Source of the DNA: Candidatus Parcubacteria bacterium
GTDB lineage: Bacteria; Patescibacteriota; Minisyncoccia; Phycocordibacterales; UBA918
NCBI GenBank assembly: GCA_009995385.1
Contig: JAACPT010000004.1
Coordinates: forward strand, 1 to 45,210
Direction of reading: 5' to 3'
Length of the DNA: 45,210 nt
Below, piece after piece: positions 10,219-20,115 of this stretch (positions within the stretch are counted from its first letter, which is position 1; every line of letters starts with the position of its first letter). Under the pieces are notes generated by a model. It was not told where the DNA came from and searched no databases. It saw only the letters and a program-made list of their open reading frames with translations. The position numbers and the translations under genes are program-made.

Positions 10219-11568
10219 ATGAACAAATTACCGAGAGGATTTTCATTGAGAGACAACACGCTATGGTTCAGAGGTATTGATATCTTAAGATTAGTTAATG
10301 CTCACCAATCTCCACTGAGAATTAATTTCCCAGAGCTTTTGATTGAAAACTATACCTTTTTGACAAAAACAGTGCAGGAGGTACTGAAGAGTCAAGAATT
10401 GTCTGAAAATAAATTTCTTTGCGGATACGCAATTAAAGCTAACCAAAACTATGATCTGGTCGTGAACGCAGCCAAGCACACTTCTTTCCTCGAAGTTTCT
10501 TCAAAAAACGATCTCGATATAATCGAGCAAGTAAAAACAGAGTTAGGTTCGAAGATGATCATTTGTCACGGCTTCAAGCCAGCAAGCACTTCGTATTTTA
10601 AAAAGATAGTTGCGATGCATAAAAAAGGATTCACGATCATCCCTGTAATTAATTCAGTTACTGAATTATATGATTTTGGTTCTCTTGACCTAAAAATGTC
10701 TATCGGTGTACGCATAAGTGCAAAGGTGTCATTTGGAGGCTCAAAATTACCCGATCGATTTGGATTGACGCTGCATGAGATTCAACAACACTTTGCATAC
10801 CTTACACAACACAAGACTCTTTCTCTAACAATGCTACACATGCACGTAGCTAATACAATCAGCGATATTCCTCAGAGAATACAGGATTTCGATGACCTAT
10901 TCACAGTATATGAAATGATGATTAAAGCAGAAATGAAAATCAACTATATCTGCACCGGTGGTGGGTTACCAGAACGTTCGTACACTCCAGATTACTTTTA
11001 CACTGAATACTATCAAAAGCTTATCTTTCGCATAAATCAACTGACTACAGCTGAGTACTTTCCAATATTATTAAGTGAAAGTGGGAGATTCTTGGCAACT
11101 GAAACACAATTCGTTGTTTTGAAAGTGATAGCAGAAAAAAATAGCAACGATGATTTTTCTTGGTATGTTCTAAATGGTAGTGCTATAAATCTGATTCCTG
11201 AAACAGTACTTGATGGTAACAAACACTTTCCCATACTTCCAGTAAATTTTATTGACAGACCAAGCAAGACTGTCATATGTTCGGGTGCAACTTGTGACCA
11301 AGCAGATTTTTTTCACACTCAAAAAATAAACCTACCACAAATCGATAAGAATGACAGTTTGTTTGTAACAATACCTGGGACTGGAGCTTATCAAGAAAGT
11401 CTACTTGGTTCATCAAGAAATACCCCAGGTCATTGTTTGATTGAAGCAACAAACGAATTAACAATTACCGCTTCCGGCATATGTTCGAGAACGACAAAAA
11501 ATGATTTCCTACAAACACTTGGATATACTAAACAAAAAAGTTTTTTTAAGTGGCTATTCTCTCGATAG
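10219..11568 (+). CDS. speA: PLP fold-type III basic amino acid decarboxylase, most like short arginine decarboxylases
   Basis: YAIKAN (PLP Lys), DRFG, HMH, GGGL, ESGR, TCDQAD, TGAYQE...HCLI. Confidence 0.75.
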   Translation: MNKLPRGFSLRDNTLWFRGIDILRLVNAHQSPLRINFPELLIENYTFLTKTVQEVLKSQELSENKFLCGYAIKANQNYDLVVNAAKHTSFLEVSSKNDLDIIEQVKTELGSKMIICHGFKPASTSYFKKIVAMHKKGFTIIPVINSVTELYDFGSLDLKMSIGVRISAKVSFGGSKLPDRFGLTLHEIQQHFAYLTQHKTLSLTMLHMHVANTISDIPQRIQDFDDLFTVYEMMIKAEMKINYICTGGGLPERSYTPDYFYTEYYQKLIFRINQLTTAEYFPILLSESGRFLATETQFVVLKVIAEKNSNDDFSWYVLNGSAINLIPETVLDGNKHFPILPVNFIDRPSKTVICSGATCDQADFFHTQKINLPQIDKNDSLFVTIPGTGAYQESLLGSSRNTPGHCLIEATNELTITASGICSRTTKNDFLQTLGYTKQKSFFKWLFSR

Positions 11569-11638
11569 TAAAGATATACACGATTCACTATAAATAAAAC
11601 TTTAGATTTTGATATACTCTAGATACGAGTAGTAGTTT

Positions 11639-11983
11639 ATGCACTTTCAAAATCATATTCTCGTTTATGTACTACTACCTCTATTGGTACTAACCATAGG
11701 AGCTACTTTTTATCGTGCTGTTATCCTTCATGATTACAATGTTTCGTACGAAGGATCTTGTGATTCAGTAGTAGAAAGCTGCTTTGTCGGATGTGAAGAC
11801 GATGAATGTACACAAGAATATTTCTACACAATCATAAAACGATATGCACCCAATCTTATTGCTAACTGTGGCGACAATATGGGCAACTGCGAAGCAGCGA
11901 ACATCTGTCCACTCGATGAGACTGATTGTGAGATAACCTTTTGTGACCCAAATTTAGATATAAGAATGTGCGACACCATATGA
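11639..11983 (+). CDS. Membrane-anchored Cys-rich small protein
   Basis: N-terminal TM helix, then 10 Cys in about 75 aa; ATGA overlap with the downstream kinase. Confidence 0.8.
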   Translation: MHFQNHILVYVLLPLLVLTIGATFYRAVILHDYNVSYEGSCDSVVESCFVGCEDDECTQEYFYTIIKRYAPNLIANCGDNMGNCEAANICPLDETDCEITFCDPNLDIRMCDTI

Positions 11984-13656
11984 ACTGCTATTTATATTCC
12001 GATCCGCAATATCTCTTCTATATTCCGGATCTTCCAGATTTACTTTACTACTCACACATCCCAACAACGGTCATTGCTTTACTTGTTGGACTCTTTGTTT
12101 TTCTCAACGCCCGCCATCTTTTATTGAACCGATTATTATTACTCATTGCAGTAAGCTTTTCTCTTTGGACTCTTCTCAGTCTCATTGCCTGGACAAACAA
12201 CCATGGTGATATTCTTTTAGCTATTTGGCCTTTCTTTGGAGTACTTCAAGCGTTCATATCAATACTATGCATCTATTTTATTTTTGTGTTCCTAGACAAA
12301 AAAGATGTCTCAGTTAAATTAAAGGCGCTATTTACAGTCCTATTAATTCCAGTATTACTATTTGCTCCCACGGACCTTAGTGTCAGTGGATTTAACATAA
12401 CAAATTGTGATGCTTTTGAATTTGAGGGTTTGATCTATAAGCTCTATTATAACTTGCTTGGTGTACTAGCGATGATTTGGATATGTATCCTCCTAATAAA
12501 ACAATACCGATTGGCAGATAAGAAATTCAAGAAGCAGATACTTTTGATGGGAATCGGATTAGAGCTTTTTCTCTTTATGTTCTTCTCAACAACATTTCTA
12601 TTTTCTTATCTAGCAGGATTAGGAATTCTTGAAGATACACGATACGAATTATATGGACTTTTCGGAATGGATATCTTTATGATTTTCATAAGCATTCTTA
12701 TTGTTCGCTTTAAAACATTTAACGTTGGGGTGGTTGCTTCGCAAGCACTAGTAGTTGCGATAATAATTTTGATAGGTTCACAATTCACTTTTAATGAAAG
12801 TCAAATCTCCACTATTCTTACTTCTATAACATTGGTGCTTACTGGTTTTATCGGCATCATGCTTATACGAAATGTAAGAAAAGAAGTAAAGCAACGAGAG
12901 GAAATTCAATCGCTTGCTGCATCGCTGGCAAGTGCAAACGAGAAACTGATGGAGCTTGATAAGCTTAAGTCAGAATTCGTTTCCATCGCGTCGCACCAGC
13001 TGCGCGCTCCGCTCACCGCCATTCGTGGCTACGCATCTATGTTGCTCGATGGTAGCTATGGAAAAATTCCGGTTCACGCTAATGAAGCACTTACCCGTAT
13101 TGAAGAGTCTTCAAAATACATGACATATTCGGTAGAGGATTATCTTAGCGTTTCTCGTATTGAGTCAGGAAACATGAAGTACAGTAATAGTGATTTCAAC
13201 TTGCGCGATAAAGTCGAACAGATTTGTGACGATCTTCGTCCGCAAGCAATCCGTAAGGGTCTAATGCTACTGTTCCGCACCAATCTTAAAAGCCAAGGTA
13301 TCATCAATGCTGATATTGGTAAGACTATCCAAATCATTCAAAACCTCCTTAACAACTCTATAAAATACACTCCGAAAGGAAGTGTGAAAATTTTGGTCCG
13401 TGATGATGTCGTACGAAAGCGCATTTACATCGATATTGAAGATACTGGTATCGGCATGAACGAAGACATTAAGAATCGCTTATTCAATAAATTTGAACGT
13501 GCCAGCAATGCTAATTCCGTAAATCACAGAGGAACGGGTCTTGGGCTCTACGTCGCCTACCAAATGGCAAAAGCTATGAACGGGGATATTACAGCTTATT
13601 CTGAAGGCGATGGAAAGGGCTCACGTTTCACTATTGAATTTAAATTAGCTCTATAA
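11980..13656 (+). CDS. Multi-TM sensor histidine kinase (HisKA + HATPase_c)
   Basis: Multi-pass N-terminus; H-box SHQLRAPL, N-box NLLNNSIKY, DTGIG, GTGLGL. Confidence 0.95.
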   Translation: MNCYLYSDPQYLFYIPDLPDLLYYSHIPTTVIALLVGLFVFLNARHLLLNRLLLLIAVSFSLWTLLSLIAWTNNHGDILLAIWPFFGVLQAFISILCIYFIFVFLDKKDVSVKLKALFTVLLIPVLLFAPTDLSVSGFNITNCDAFEFEGLIYKLYYNLLGVLAMIWICILLIKQYRLADKKFKKQILLMGIGLELFLFMFFSTTFLFSYLAGLGILEDTRYELYGLFGMDIFMIFISILIVRFKTFNVGVVASQALVVAIIILIGSQFTFNESQISTILTSITLVLTGFIGIMLIRNVRKEVKQREEIQSLAASLASANEKLMELDKLKSEFVSIASHQLRAPLTAIRGYASMLLDGSYGKIPVHANEALTRIEESSKYMTYSVEDYLSVSRIESGNMKYSNSDFNLRDKVEQICDDLRPQAIRKGLMLLFRTNLKSQGIINADIGKTIQIIQNLLNNSIKYTPKGSVKILVRDDVVRKRIYIDIEDTGIGMNEDIKNRLFNKFERASNANSVNHRGTGLGLYVAYQMAKAMNGDITAYSEGDGKGSRFTIEFKLAL

Positions 13657-13810
13657 AAACACTCTGCTGGAGTACACACCACTATAAGAAATATGGTTTG
13701 TATAGTTGTGGTTGATTGAAGAGAAATTCGATGCCTCCGTCACAAGAGTACTCACCACGGTCTCTACCGAGCTACTCGCCCGTAATTTCATTTATGATAC
13801 TATATGAGTC

Positions 13811-14755
13811 ATGCTCACTGAAAAGAAAAGGCTTTTGACTGGACTCCAATCATCAGGAGATTTACATATCGGCAATTATTTTGGCGCCTTAAAACCGTTT
13901 GTTGAAATTTATAAAGAATACGAGAGTTTCTTAATGGTGGCAGATTACCACGCGCTCACTAGCGTCCGTAATCCAGAAGCTCTGCGAAGAAATACTCTCA
14001 ACGTTGTCCGTGATTATCTCGCTGCTGGTGTTGATCCAGAAAAAGCTGTTATTTTTAGACAATCTGATAATCAAGACCACACTGAACTCGGTTGGATTAT
14101 GAACTGCATGGTGACAGTACCATTTCTTATGCAAGCACATTCATACAAGGATAAAGTAGCCAAGGGTATCGAACCCAATGCTGGTCTTTTTACCTACCCA
14201 ATGCTCCAAGCCGCAGATATTGCACTATACAACATCGATACCGTTCCGGTGGGAGAAGATCAACGCCAACATCTAGAGTACACCCGCGAGGCAATTGGTA
14301 AATTTAACCGAGCCTACGGTGAAACTCTAAAAGAACCGCAAGAAATGATTCTTGATGGGGTAGGGGTAGTGCTCGGCACTGATGGTTTGAAGATGAGTAA
14401 GAGCTACAGAAATACCATTCCTCTATTTGGTAGTACCGAGGAAATCCAAAAGGCGGTGATGAGTATAGTCACTGACTCAACTGGAGATAGACCAGAAAAT
14501 GTTTACGCCATTCACCGGTTACTCAAAAGCGCTGCCGAGCTTGATCCAATATATGAGGCAAATAAAGGAAGATACGGGGATTTGAAAAAACTGCTCACCG
14601 CCGACTTGGAAGCCTTCATTGCTCCAATGCGTGAAGTGCGAGCAACCATTACTGATGAAATGGTACAGGAAGTTCTTGCCGCTGGTGTAGATAAGGCAAA
14701 GGCGGTATCACACGTAACTCTTAAAAAAGTACGTAGTGCGATTGGTATCGATTGA
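13811..14755 (+). CDS. trpS: Tryptophan--tRNA ligase
   Basis: HIGN, YPMLQAADI, VPVGEDQRQH, KMSKS. Confidence 0.98.
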   Translation: MLTEKKRLLTGLQSSGDLHIGNYFGALKPFVEIYKEYESFLMVADYHALTSVRNPEALRRNTLNVVRDYLAAGVDPEKAVIFRQSDNQDHTELGWIMNCMVTVPFLMQAHSYKDKVAKGIEPNAGLFTYPMLQAADIALYNIDTVPVGEDQRQHLEYTREAIGKFNRAYGETLKEPQEMILDGVGVVLGTDGLKMSKSYRNTIPLFGSTEEIQKAVMSIVTDSTGDRPENVYAIHRLLKSAAELDPIYEANKGRYGDLKKLLTADLEAFIAPMREVRATITDEMVQEVLAAGVDKAKAVSHVTLKKVRSAIGID

Positions 14756-14817
14756 CATTTATAGTTATCGTGGTAATGTAAAAAAGACTTTTTTGTTCTT
14801 TTTATAGGAGATAACAG

Positions 14818-15129
14818 ATGAATCAAGAGGCTGCTAGAACATACCGAGTGCACCTTTTTCTAACTGAGTTAGCTTGGAAACACGGGCTAAACGTAAACAT
14901 ACTGAAGGTTAATGACGACGAAAAGATACTTGTTTTTCAGCCGACACAAATCGGTCGCGATGAAGGACCAAGCGAGGAACTAGTAAACAGGTTCACAGAA
15001 ACTCTTCGCAGTAACTGCCCTGATGAACTGTCTTCTCTCAAAATCGAAGTCCTGAGAGAAAAAGCACCTTTTCTACCTAATATTGAAGATTTTGTCAGAA
15101 ACGTGATATACAAAATCGCCATTTCTTGA
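14818..15129 (+). CDS. Hypothetical protein
   Basis: 103 aa ORF with AGGAG upstream and a terminator downstream. Confidence 0.65.
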   Translation: MNQEAARTYRVHLFLTELAWKHGLNVNILKVNDDEKILVFQPTQIGRDEGPSEELVNRFTETLRSNCPDELSSLKIEVLREKAPFLPNIEDFVRNVIYKIAIS

Positions 15130-15136
15130 AACCAAC

Positions 15137-15170
15137 AAAAGAACTGTTGCCCCTGCAATGGTTCTTTTTT
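15137..15170 (+). terminator. Rho-independent terminator
   Basis: AAAAGAACTGTTGC-ccct-GCAATGGTTCTTTTTT. Confidence 0.7.
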
Positions 15171-15242
15171 ATTGGTCTGAACGCTATTTTTATTACTGCG
15201 AAGTTCAGATGATTTCGGCACTATCTTTGTTATAATCCTCAC

Positions 15243-16670
15243 ATGACAAAAATTAACACAACCGAAAAGACATTCACAGAGATTCCGAGCAAATACTGTC
15301 AAATTATTTTGACTGAAGATAAACCAGCCTGGCACCGTTTAGTAGAAAAAACAGATGGTAGTCTGGAGTATCGGATGGGGGTAGGGAAATATGAAGCGGT
15401 TACACTTCGCAGCTACCGCACCTTCATACGATCTATTGTGCATGCAGCCAAACAACATCAATTAGACCGTATTGCTATAAACCTCGATATACCAGCATAC
15501 TCAATATTGGCAACGCTTGGTGACGAGTTATTATTCCGCACACTTGGAGAAAATCTCGCACTAGCACAGTACGAATTCCGTAAGTACAAGACCACAAAAA
15601 AAGAGACGGCGATGCTACAAGAAATTTTAGTATGTGGGGTAAAGACAGCAACAATAAAACAAAGTTTCTCCGTTGGTGTTACTATCGGTACTTCTGCTAA
15701 TATCGCCCGTGACATTGCCAATACTTGTGGGGAAGATATGACACCGAGCAAACTCGTATCCGCCACAAAAGCTATTTTCAAAAATTCCTGTGCAACGGTA
15801 AAAATATTGAATAAAACTGCTATCAAAAAAGAGAAAATGGGATTGCTCGAAGTGGTTGGTAAGGGTGCAAACGATGGACCAAACCTCATTATCATTGAAT
15901 ATTGGGGAGCTGGAAAATCAACTAAAAGTAAAAAAACCGAAGCTCCGATTGCTCTGATTGGAAAGGGAATCACTTTTGATAGCGGTGGTCTGAACGTAAA
16001 ACCAGCTGGTTCTATGCACGAGATGCACATGGATATGTCTGGTGGTGCAGCGATGATCGGTACTATGCACGCCATAGCAACACTCGGCATAAAGAAGAAT
16101 GTTATTGCCGTAATACCAACTGCTGAAAATGCCATTTCAAGAGACAGTATGCGCGCAGGTGACATCGCGATAAGTATGTCAGGTAAAACAGTGGAGATAC
16201 TACACACTGACGCTGAAGGTCGCCTTGTTCTAGCTGATGGTATGACCTACGCGACCAAGCACTACCAGCCACGAGTGATGATTGATGCTGCAACACTTAC
16301 TGGTGCTTCATTGGTAGCCCTAGGATCGTTTGCCAGCGCAGTCATGACCAAAGACAAGGAGCTCAGTGACACCCTGGTACAACTTGGTGAAGAAACTGGT
16401 GATTTATTGTGGCCACTTCCACTTTGGGACGAGTACCTACAATCATTAAAGAGCACTCGTGCTGACCTCTCAAACATTGCAACCAATTTTGCCAGAGAAG
16501 CTGGCTGTATTGAAGGGGGGATATTTCTTTCTCACTTTGCACCAAAAAAAACGCCTTGGGCACACCTCGATATAGCCCCTCGTATGGAAAGTAATGCACA
16601 TGATAAATTAGCTAAAGGAGCAACCGGCGAACCTGTACGCTTACTAGTAAAATTTATTGAGCAGTACTAA
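15243..16670 (+). CDS. pepA: Leucyl aminopeptidase (M17)
   Basis: GKGITFDSGG, DMSGG, TDAEGRLVLAD, ATLTG, WAHLDIA. Confidence 0.96.
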   Translation: MTKINTTEKTFTEIPSKYCQIILTEDKPAWHRLVEKTDGSLEYRMGVGKYEAVTLRSYRTFIRSIVHAAKQHQLDRIAINLDIPAYSILATLGDELLFRTLGENLALAQYEFRKYKTTKKETAMLQEILVCGVKTATIKQSFSVGVTIGTSANIARDIANTCGEDMTPSKLVSATKAIFKNSCATVKILNKTAIKKEKMGLLEVVGKGANDGPNLIIIEYWGAGKSTKSKKTEAPIALIGKGITFDSGGLNVKPAGSMHEMHMDMSGGAAMIGTMHAIATLGIKKNVIAVIPTAENAISRDSMRAGDIAISMSGKTVEILHTDAEGRLVLADGMTYATKHYQPRVMIDAATLTGASLVALGSFASAVMTKDKELSDTLVQLGEETGDLLWPLPLWDEYLQSLKSTRADLSNIATNFAREAGCIEGGIFLSHFAPKKTPWAHLDIAPRMESNAHDKLAKGATGEPVRLLVKFIEQY

Positions 16671-16711
16671 TCGTAATTTGGCAGTAATTAATTGTGTTAT
16701 CATTACGTCAA

Positions 16712-17446
16712 ATGAATTCTGCTGTAGCCTTTGCAATCAAGACCGAAACCTTTGAAGGTCCACTCGAATTGCTTATTGAACTGGTTGAAAAAAGAAAATT
16801 GCTCATTAATGATATCTCTCTCGCCCAAGTGACTGATGAGTATATGAAGACGGTAAGTGCCATGCAAGCACTATCACTTCCAAACACTGCGCAATTCATC
16901 ACCTTGGCAGCGACACTACTCCTCATAAAATCAAAATCGCTTTTACCAGTACTGGACCTTACTTCAGAAGAAGAATCAAACATCGGTGACCTTGAATATC
17001 GATTAAGGCACTACCAACTCTACCGCGATGCTGGTATGCAATTACAAAGCACATTCGGCAAACAGCGAATGTATGAACCCGAGTATCTACCCCCCCGCGA
17101 GCCAGTTTTTATTCCTGATAGATTTTGTGACCATACTGAACTACAAGAAGCAATGTACCGAGTCATCGCTAGCCTACCAAGATTTGAAATTAAACCAGTT
17201 GCTAAAGTCCGACAAATAATCTCCCTCGAAGAAATGATGGAGAAGCTCAAGCGACGAATTGAACAACAACTCCAGACGAAATTTTCTGATATTCGCGCTA
17301 CTGAAACTGATCACAAGAATGTCATCATCAGCTTTTTAGCTATTCTGGAATTATTTAAGCAGGGAAATATCATTATCACGCAAACAAAACGGTTCGATGA
17401 TATTAACTTGGAACTCAGAAAGTCGGAAACTCCACGATATTACTAA
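16712..17446 (+). CDS. scpA: Segregation/condensation protein A
   Basis: FEGPLELL, LLLIKSKSLLP, FLAILEL. Confidence 0.95.
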   Translation: MNSAVAFAIKTETFEGPLELLIELVEKRKLLINDISLAQVTDEYMKTVSAMQALSLPNTAQFITLAATLLLIKSKSLLPVLDLTSEEESNIGDLEYRLRHYQLYRDAGMQLQSTFGKQRMYEPEYLPPREPVFIPDRFCDHTELQEAMYRVIASLPRFEIKPVAKVRQIISLEEMMEKLKRRIEQQLQTKFSDIRATETDHKNVIISFLAILELFKQGNIIITQTKRFDDINLELRKSETPRYY

Positions 17447-17481
17447 TCAAATAGATGAGACCTTCGGTCCCATCTATTTGA
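17447..17481 (+). other. Stem-loop with a cUUCGg tetraloop between scpA and scpB
   Basis: TCAAATAGATG-aGAC-cTTCG-GTCc-CATCTATTTGA. Confidence 0.6.
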
Positions 17482-17537
17482 CCACAAACCTTAATAAACT
17501 AGGCTACAATAGGCATATCATGTGGTAAACTACACCA

Positions 17538-18062
17538 ATGACTTTAGATGTCCTCATCGAGGTGCTTCTTTTCTATAAAGCAGCGCCTCAAAATAAGCAG
17601 CGACTTTTGAAACTTTTTGCAGTCCCTGAAGAAGAGTTTTCTACTGCGCTACAAACCCTACGAAATCGACTTACGCTAGGGGCTACCCGCTTAATTGAAA
17701 CTGAGACTGAAATCCAGCTCGCCACTGCCCCGGAGCTTTCAGAATTTATTGAACAGCTCTGCAGGCAGGATTTATCTGGAGATATTGGCAAGGCAGGAGC
17801 TGAAACACTGGCTATTATTCTCTACCGCGAGCCAATTTCGCGAACTGAGATCGATCGTATCCGAGGCGTAAATTCATCGTTCATTTTGCGTAATTTACTA
17901 ACCCGTGGTCTCATTACCCGTGAGTCAATCACTGGTAATGGTTTCAATTTCCGCATCAGTCCAGCGTTACTACAGCACCTCGGTGTAGAGAAAAAGCATG
18001 AACTACCAAAGTTCTCCGAATTCATGGAAGCTATCGATAATTTTGATACCCAAGGATCATGA
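17538..18062 (+). CDS. scpB: Segregation/condensation protein B
   Basis: ETLAIILYREPISRTEIDRIRGVNS. Confidence 0.96.
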   Translation: MTLDVLIEVLLFYKAAPQNKQRLLKLFAVPEEEFSTALQTLRNRLTLGATRLIETETEIQLATAPELSEFIEQLCRQDLSGDIGKAGAETLAIILYREPISRTEIDRIRGVNSSFILRNLLTRGLITRESITGNGFNFRISPALLQHLGVEKKHELPKFSEFMEAIDNFDTQGS

Positions 18063-19051
18063 ACGACGAACCCACATACATAATAGACACCATTCAAAAA
18101 CCAGCGACAAATCGTTTCCCGATTTTTATGCAACTTGGAATATTGGGGTTAATATTGTTTACACTGTTCGGAGCATTATTCCTCCCGCAGGGAGGAGAGC
18201 AGACCAACGTGACCACCACAGCCGCACCAACTCCACAGCAAGCGTCACTACCAGCAGTTCCACAAAAATTTGATGACATTACTATCGTAGCAACAGCAGC
18301 ATATGTCTGGGACGTTAGAGCGCAACGAGCGTTATTCAGTAAGAACGCTGATGAACCACTACCACTAGCTTCAATCACGAAATTAATGACTGCACTTCTG
18401 GCATACGAACTTATTTCCGATGATACCAAAACAACCATTTCTGACAATGCTATTAGACAAGAAGGGAACAGTGGTCTCTCGACTGGAGAACGAATGGGCA
18501 TCAAGCAACTGCGACAGTTAGCACTCGTCTCTTCTTCCAATGACGCTGCTTATGCTCTCGGAGCAAGTGTTGGGGAATTACTTGGTGATCAGGATCCTAC
18601 CTCACAATTCATTCGCGGCATGAACATACGCGCAGAAGAGCTCAAGCTTAATTCGCTGCAATTTTGGAACACCACTGGTCTCGATATATCGGCGACACAA
18701 CCTGGAGCAGTAGGGAGTGCTCGTGACGTTTCATTTCTTATGGAATACATAGTCACTAGATATCCCGAAGTTATTGTCCCAACTCAAGAAACCAGTACGC
18801 GAATTTACAACACCGCTGGAGCTTTTCATGAAGCAAGCAACACCAATGAAGCAGTTATGAAGATCCCAAATATGATTGGTTCAAAGACTGGATTTACTGA
18901 TCTAGCTGGTGGTAATCTAACAATTGCGTTTGATGCTGGTTTTGATCGCCCAATTATCGTTACCGTTCTTGGCTCTACTCGAGATGAGCGGTTTACTGAC
19001 GTACTCACGTTAGTACAAGCAGTACAGCGCTCGCTCGGAGAAAACAAATAA
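18059..19051 (+). CDS. D-alanyl-D-alanine carboxypeptidase (S11 family)
   Basis: SxxK (ASITK), SSN and KTG motifs; N-terminal TM. Confidence 0.93.
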   Translation: MNDEPTYIIDTIQKPATNRFPIFMQLGILGLILFTLFGALFLPQGGEQTNVTTTAAPTPQQASLPAVPQKFDDITIVATAAYVWDVRAQRALFSKNADEPLPLASITKLMTALLAYELISDDTKTTISDNAIRQEGNSGLSTGERMGIKQLRQLALVSSSNDAAYALGASVGELLGDQDPTSQFIRGMNIRAEELKLNSLQFWNTTGLDISATQPGAVGSARDVSFLMEYIVTRYPEVIVPTQETSTRIYNTAGAFHEASNTNEAVMKIPNMIGSKTGFTDLAGGNLTIAFDAGFDRPIIVTVLGSTRDERFTDVLTLVQAVQRSLGENK

Positions 19052-19056
19052 TACCT

Positions 19057-20115
19057 ATGGATTCACTTCTACTTAGTGTTCTTATTCCAGCCATTCTATC
19101 ATTCACTATTGGTATTTTAATTACACCTATCATTACTTATTTTTTGTATAAATATAAAGTATGGAAGAAACAAGGCGGCAAAGTAGCTATCGGTGGTCAT
19201 GCGGCCGCTGAATTTAATCGTCTTAAAGGAGAAACCGAAACTAAAACACCACGCATGGGAGGTATCGTGATTTGGGGAAGTGTCCTTATTACGCTTGGAG
19301 GGACGTACCTTTTAGCACAATTGTTTCCACATTCACTTTTTGCAGACCTTGATTTTCTTAATCATGAACAGACGCTTATTCCAGCCACCACACTACTTGT
19401 TGGTGCTCTCATTGGCTTTCTAAACGACTTTTATGATGTTGTTCGTGGCGGAAAAGGACTACGTCTATCAATTCGACTTCTTTTGATTACCTTCCTTGCC
19501 TCATTCTTGGGTTGGTGGTTTTATCACAAACTCGGCGTCTCGACCATTAGCATTCCTTTTGACGGTGATCTGTATCTTGGTATTTTCATTATTCCATTTT
19601 TTGTACTTCTTACCTTGATGCTCTACGCCAGCGGAGTCATTGACGGCATAGACGGTCTTTCCGGGGGAGTATTTGCTTCTATTTTTGCTGCGTACACCGG
19701 GATTGCTGTTATCCAGTCTCAATTCAGCCTTGCTGTTTTTTGTGCCACCGTTGTTGGTGCCATTTTGGCATTTCTGTGGTTTAACATTCCACCGGCTCGT
19801 TTTTGGATGACAGAGACTGGCTCAATGGCACTTACCTTATCTTTAGCGACAGTAGTGTTTATGACTGACACCTTAGGAGAAGGGAACGGCATTTCACTGT
19901 TACTCATCGTCGGCTTACCACTGATTGCAACCGTTGCGTCAAACGTACTACAATTGACGTACCGTAGACTGACTGGCAAAAAACTTTTTCGGATTGCACC
20001 ACTACATCACCACTTCGAAGCGATTGGCTGGCCGTCACACAAAGTGACAATGCGGTATTGGATTATTAGCATTATTTGCGCTGCGGTGGGCGTCATCATT
20101 GCCATGATTGCATGA
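19057..20115 (+). CDS. mraY: Phospho-N-acetylmuramoyl-pentapeptide transferase
   Basis: KTPRMGG, DGIDGL, FNIPPAR, APLHHHFE. Confidence 0.95.
   Translation: MDSLLLSVLIPAILSFTIGILITPIITYFLYKYKVWKKQGGKVAIGGHAAAEFNRLKGETETKTPRMGGIVIWGSVLITLGGTYLLAQLFPHSLFADLDFLNHEQTLIPATTLLVGALIGFLNDFYDVVRGGKGLRLSIRLLLITFLASFLGWWFYHKLGVSTISIPFDGDLYLGIFIIPFFVLLTLMLYASGVIDGIDGLSGGVFASIFAAYTGIAVIQSQFSLAVFCATVVGAILAFLWFNIPPARFWMTETGSMALTLSLATVVFMTDTLGEGNGISLLLIVGLPLIATVASNVLQLTYRRLTGKKLFRIAPLHHHFEAIGWPSHKVTMRYWIISIICAAVGVIIAMIA

Noticed and set aside
15458-16207. 249 aa antisense ORF inside pepA, and similar ones inside dnaK, the M23 gene, the S41 gene and others
   Set aside because: Shadow ORFs opposite well-supported genes, with no motifs
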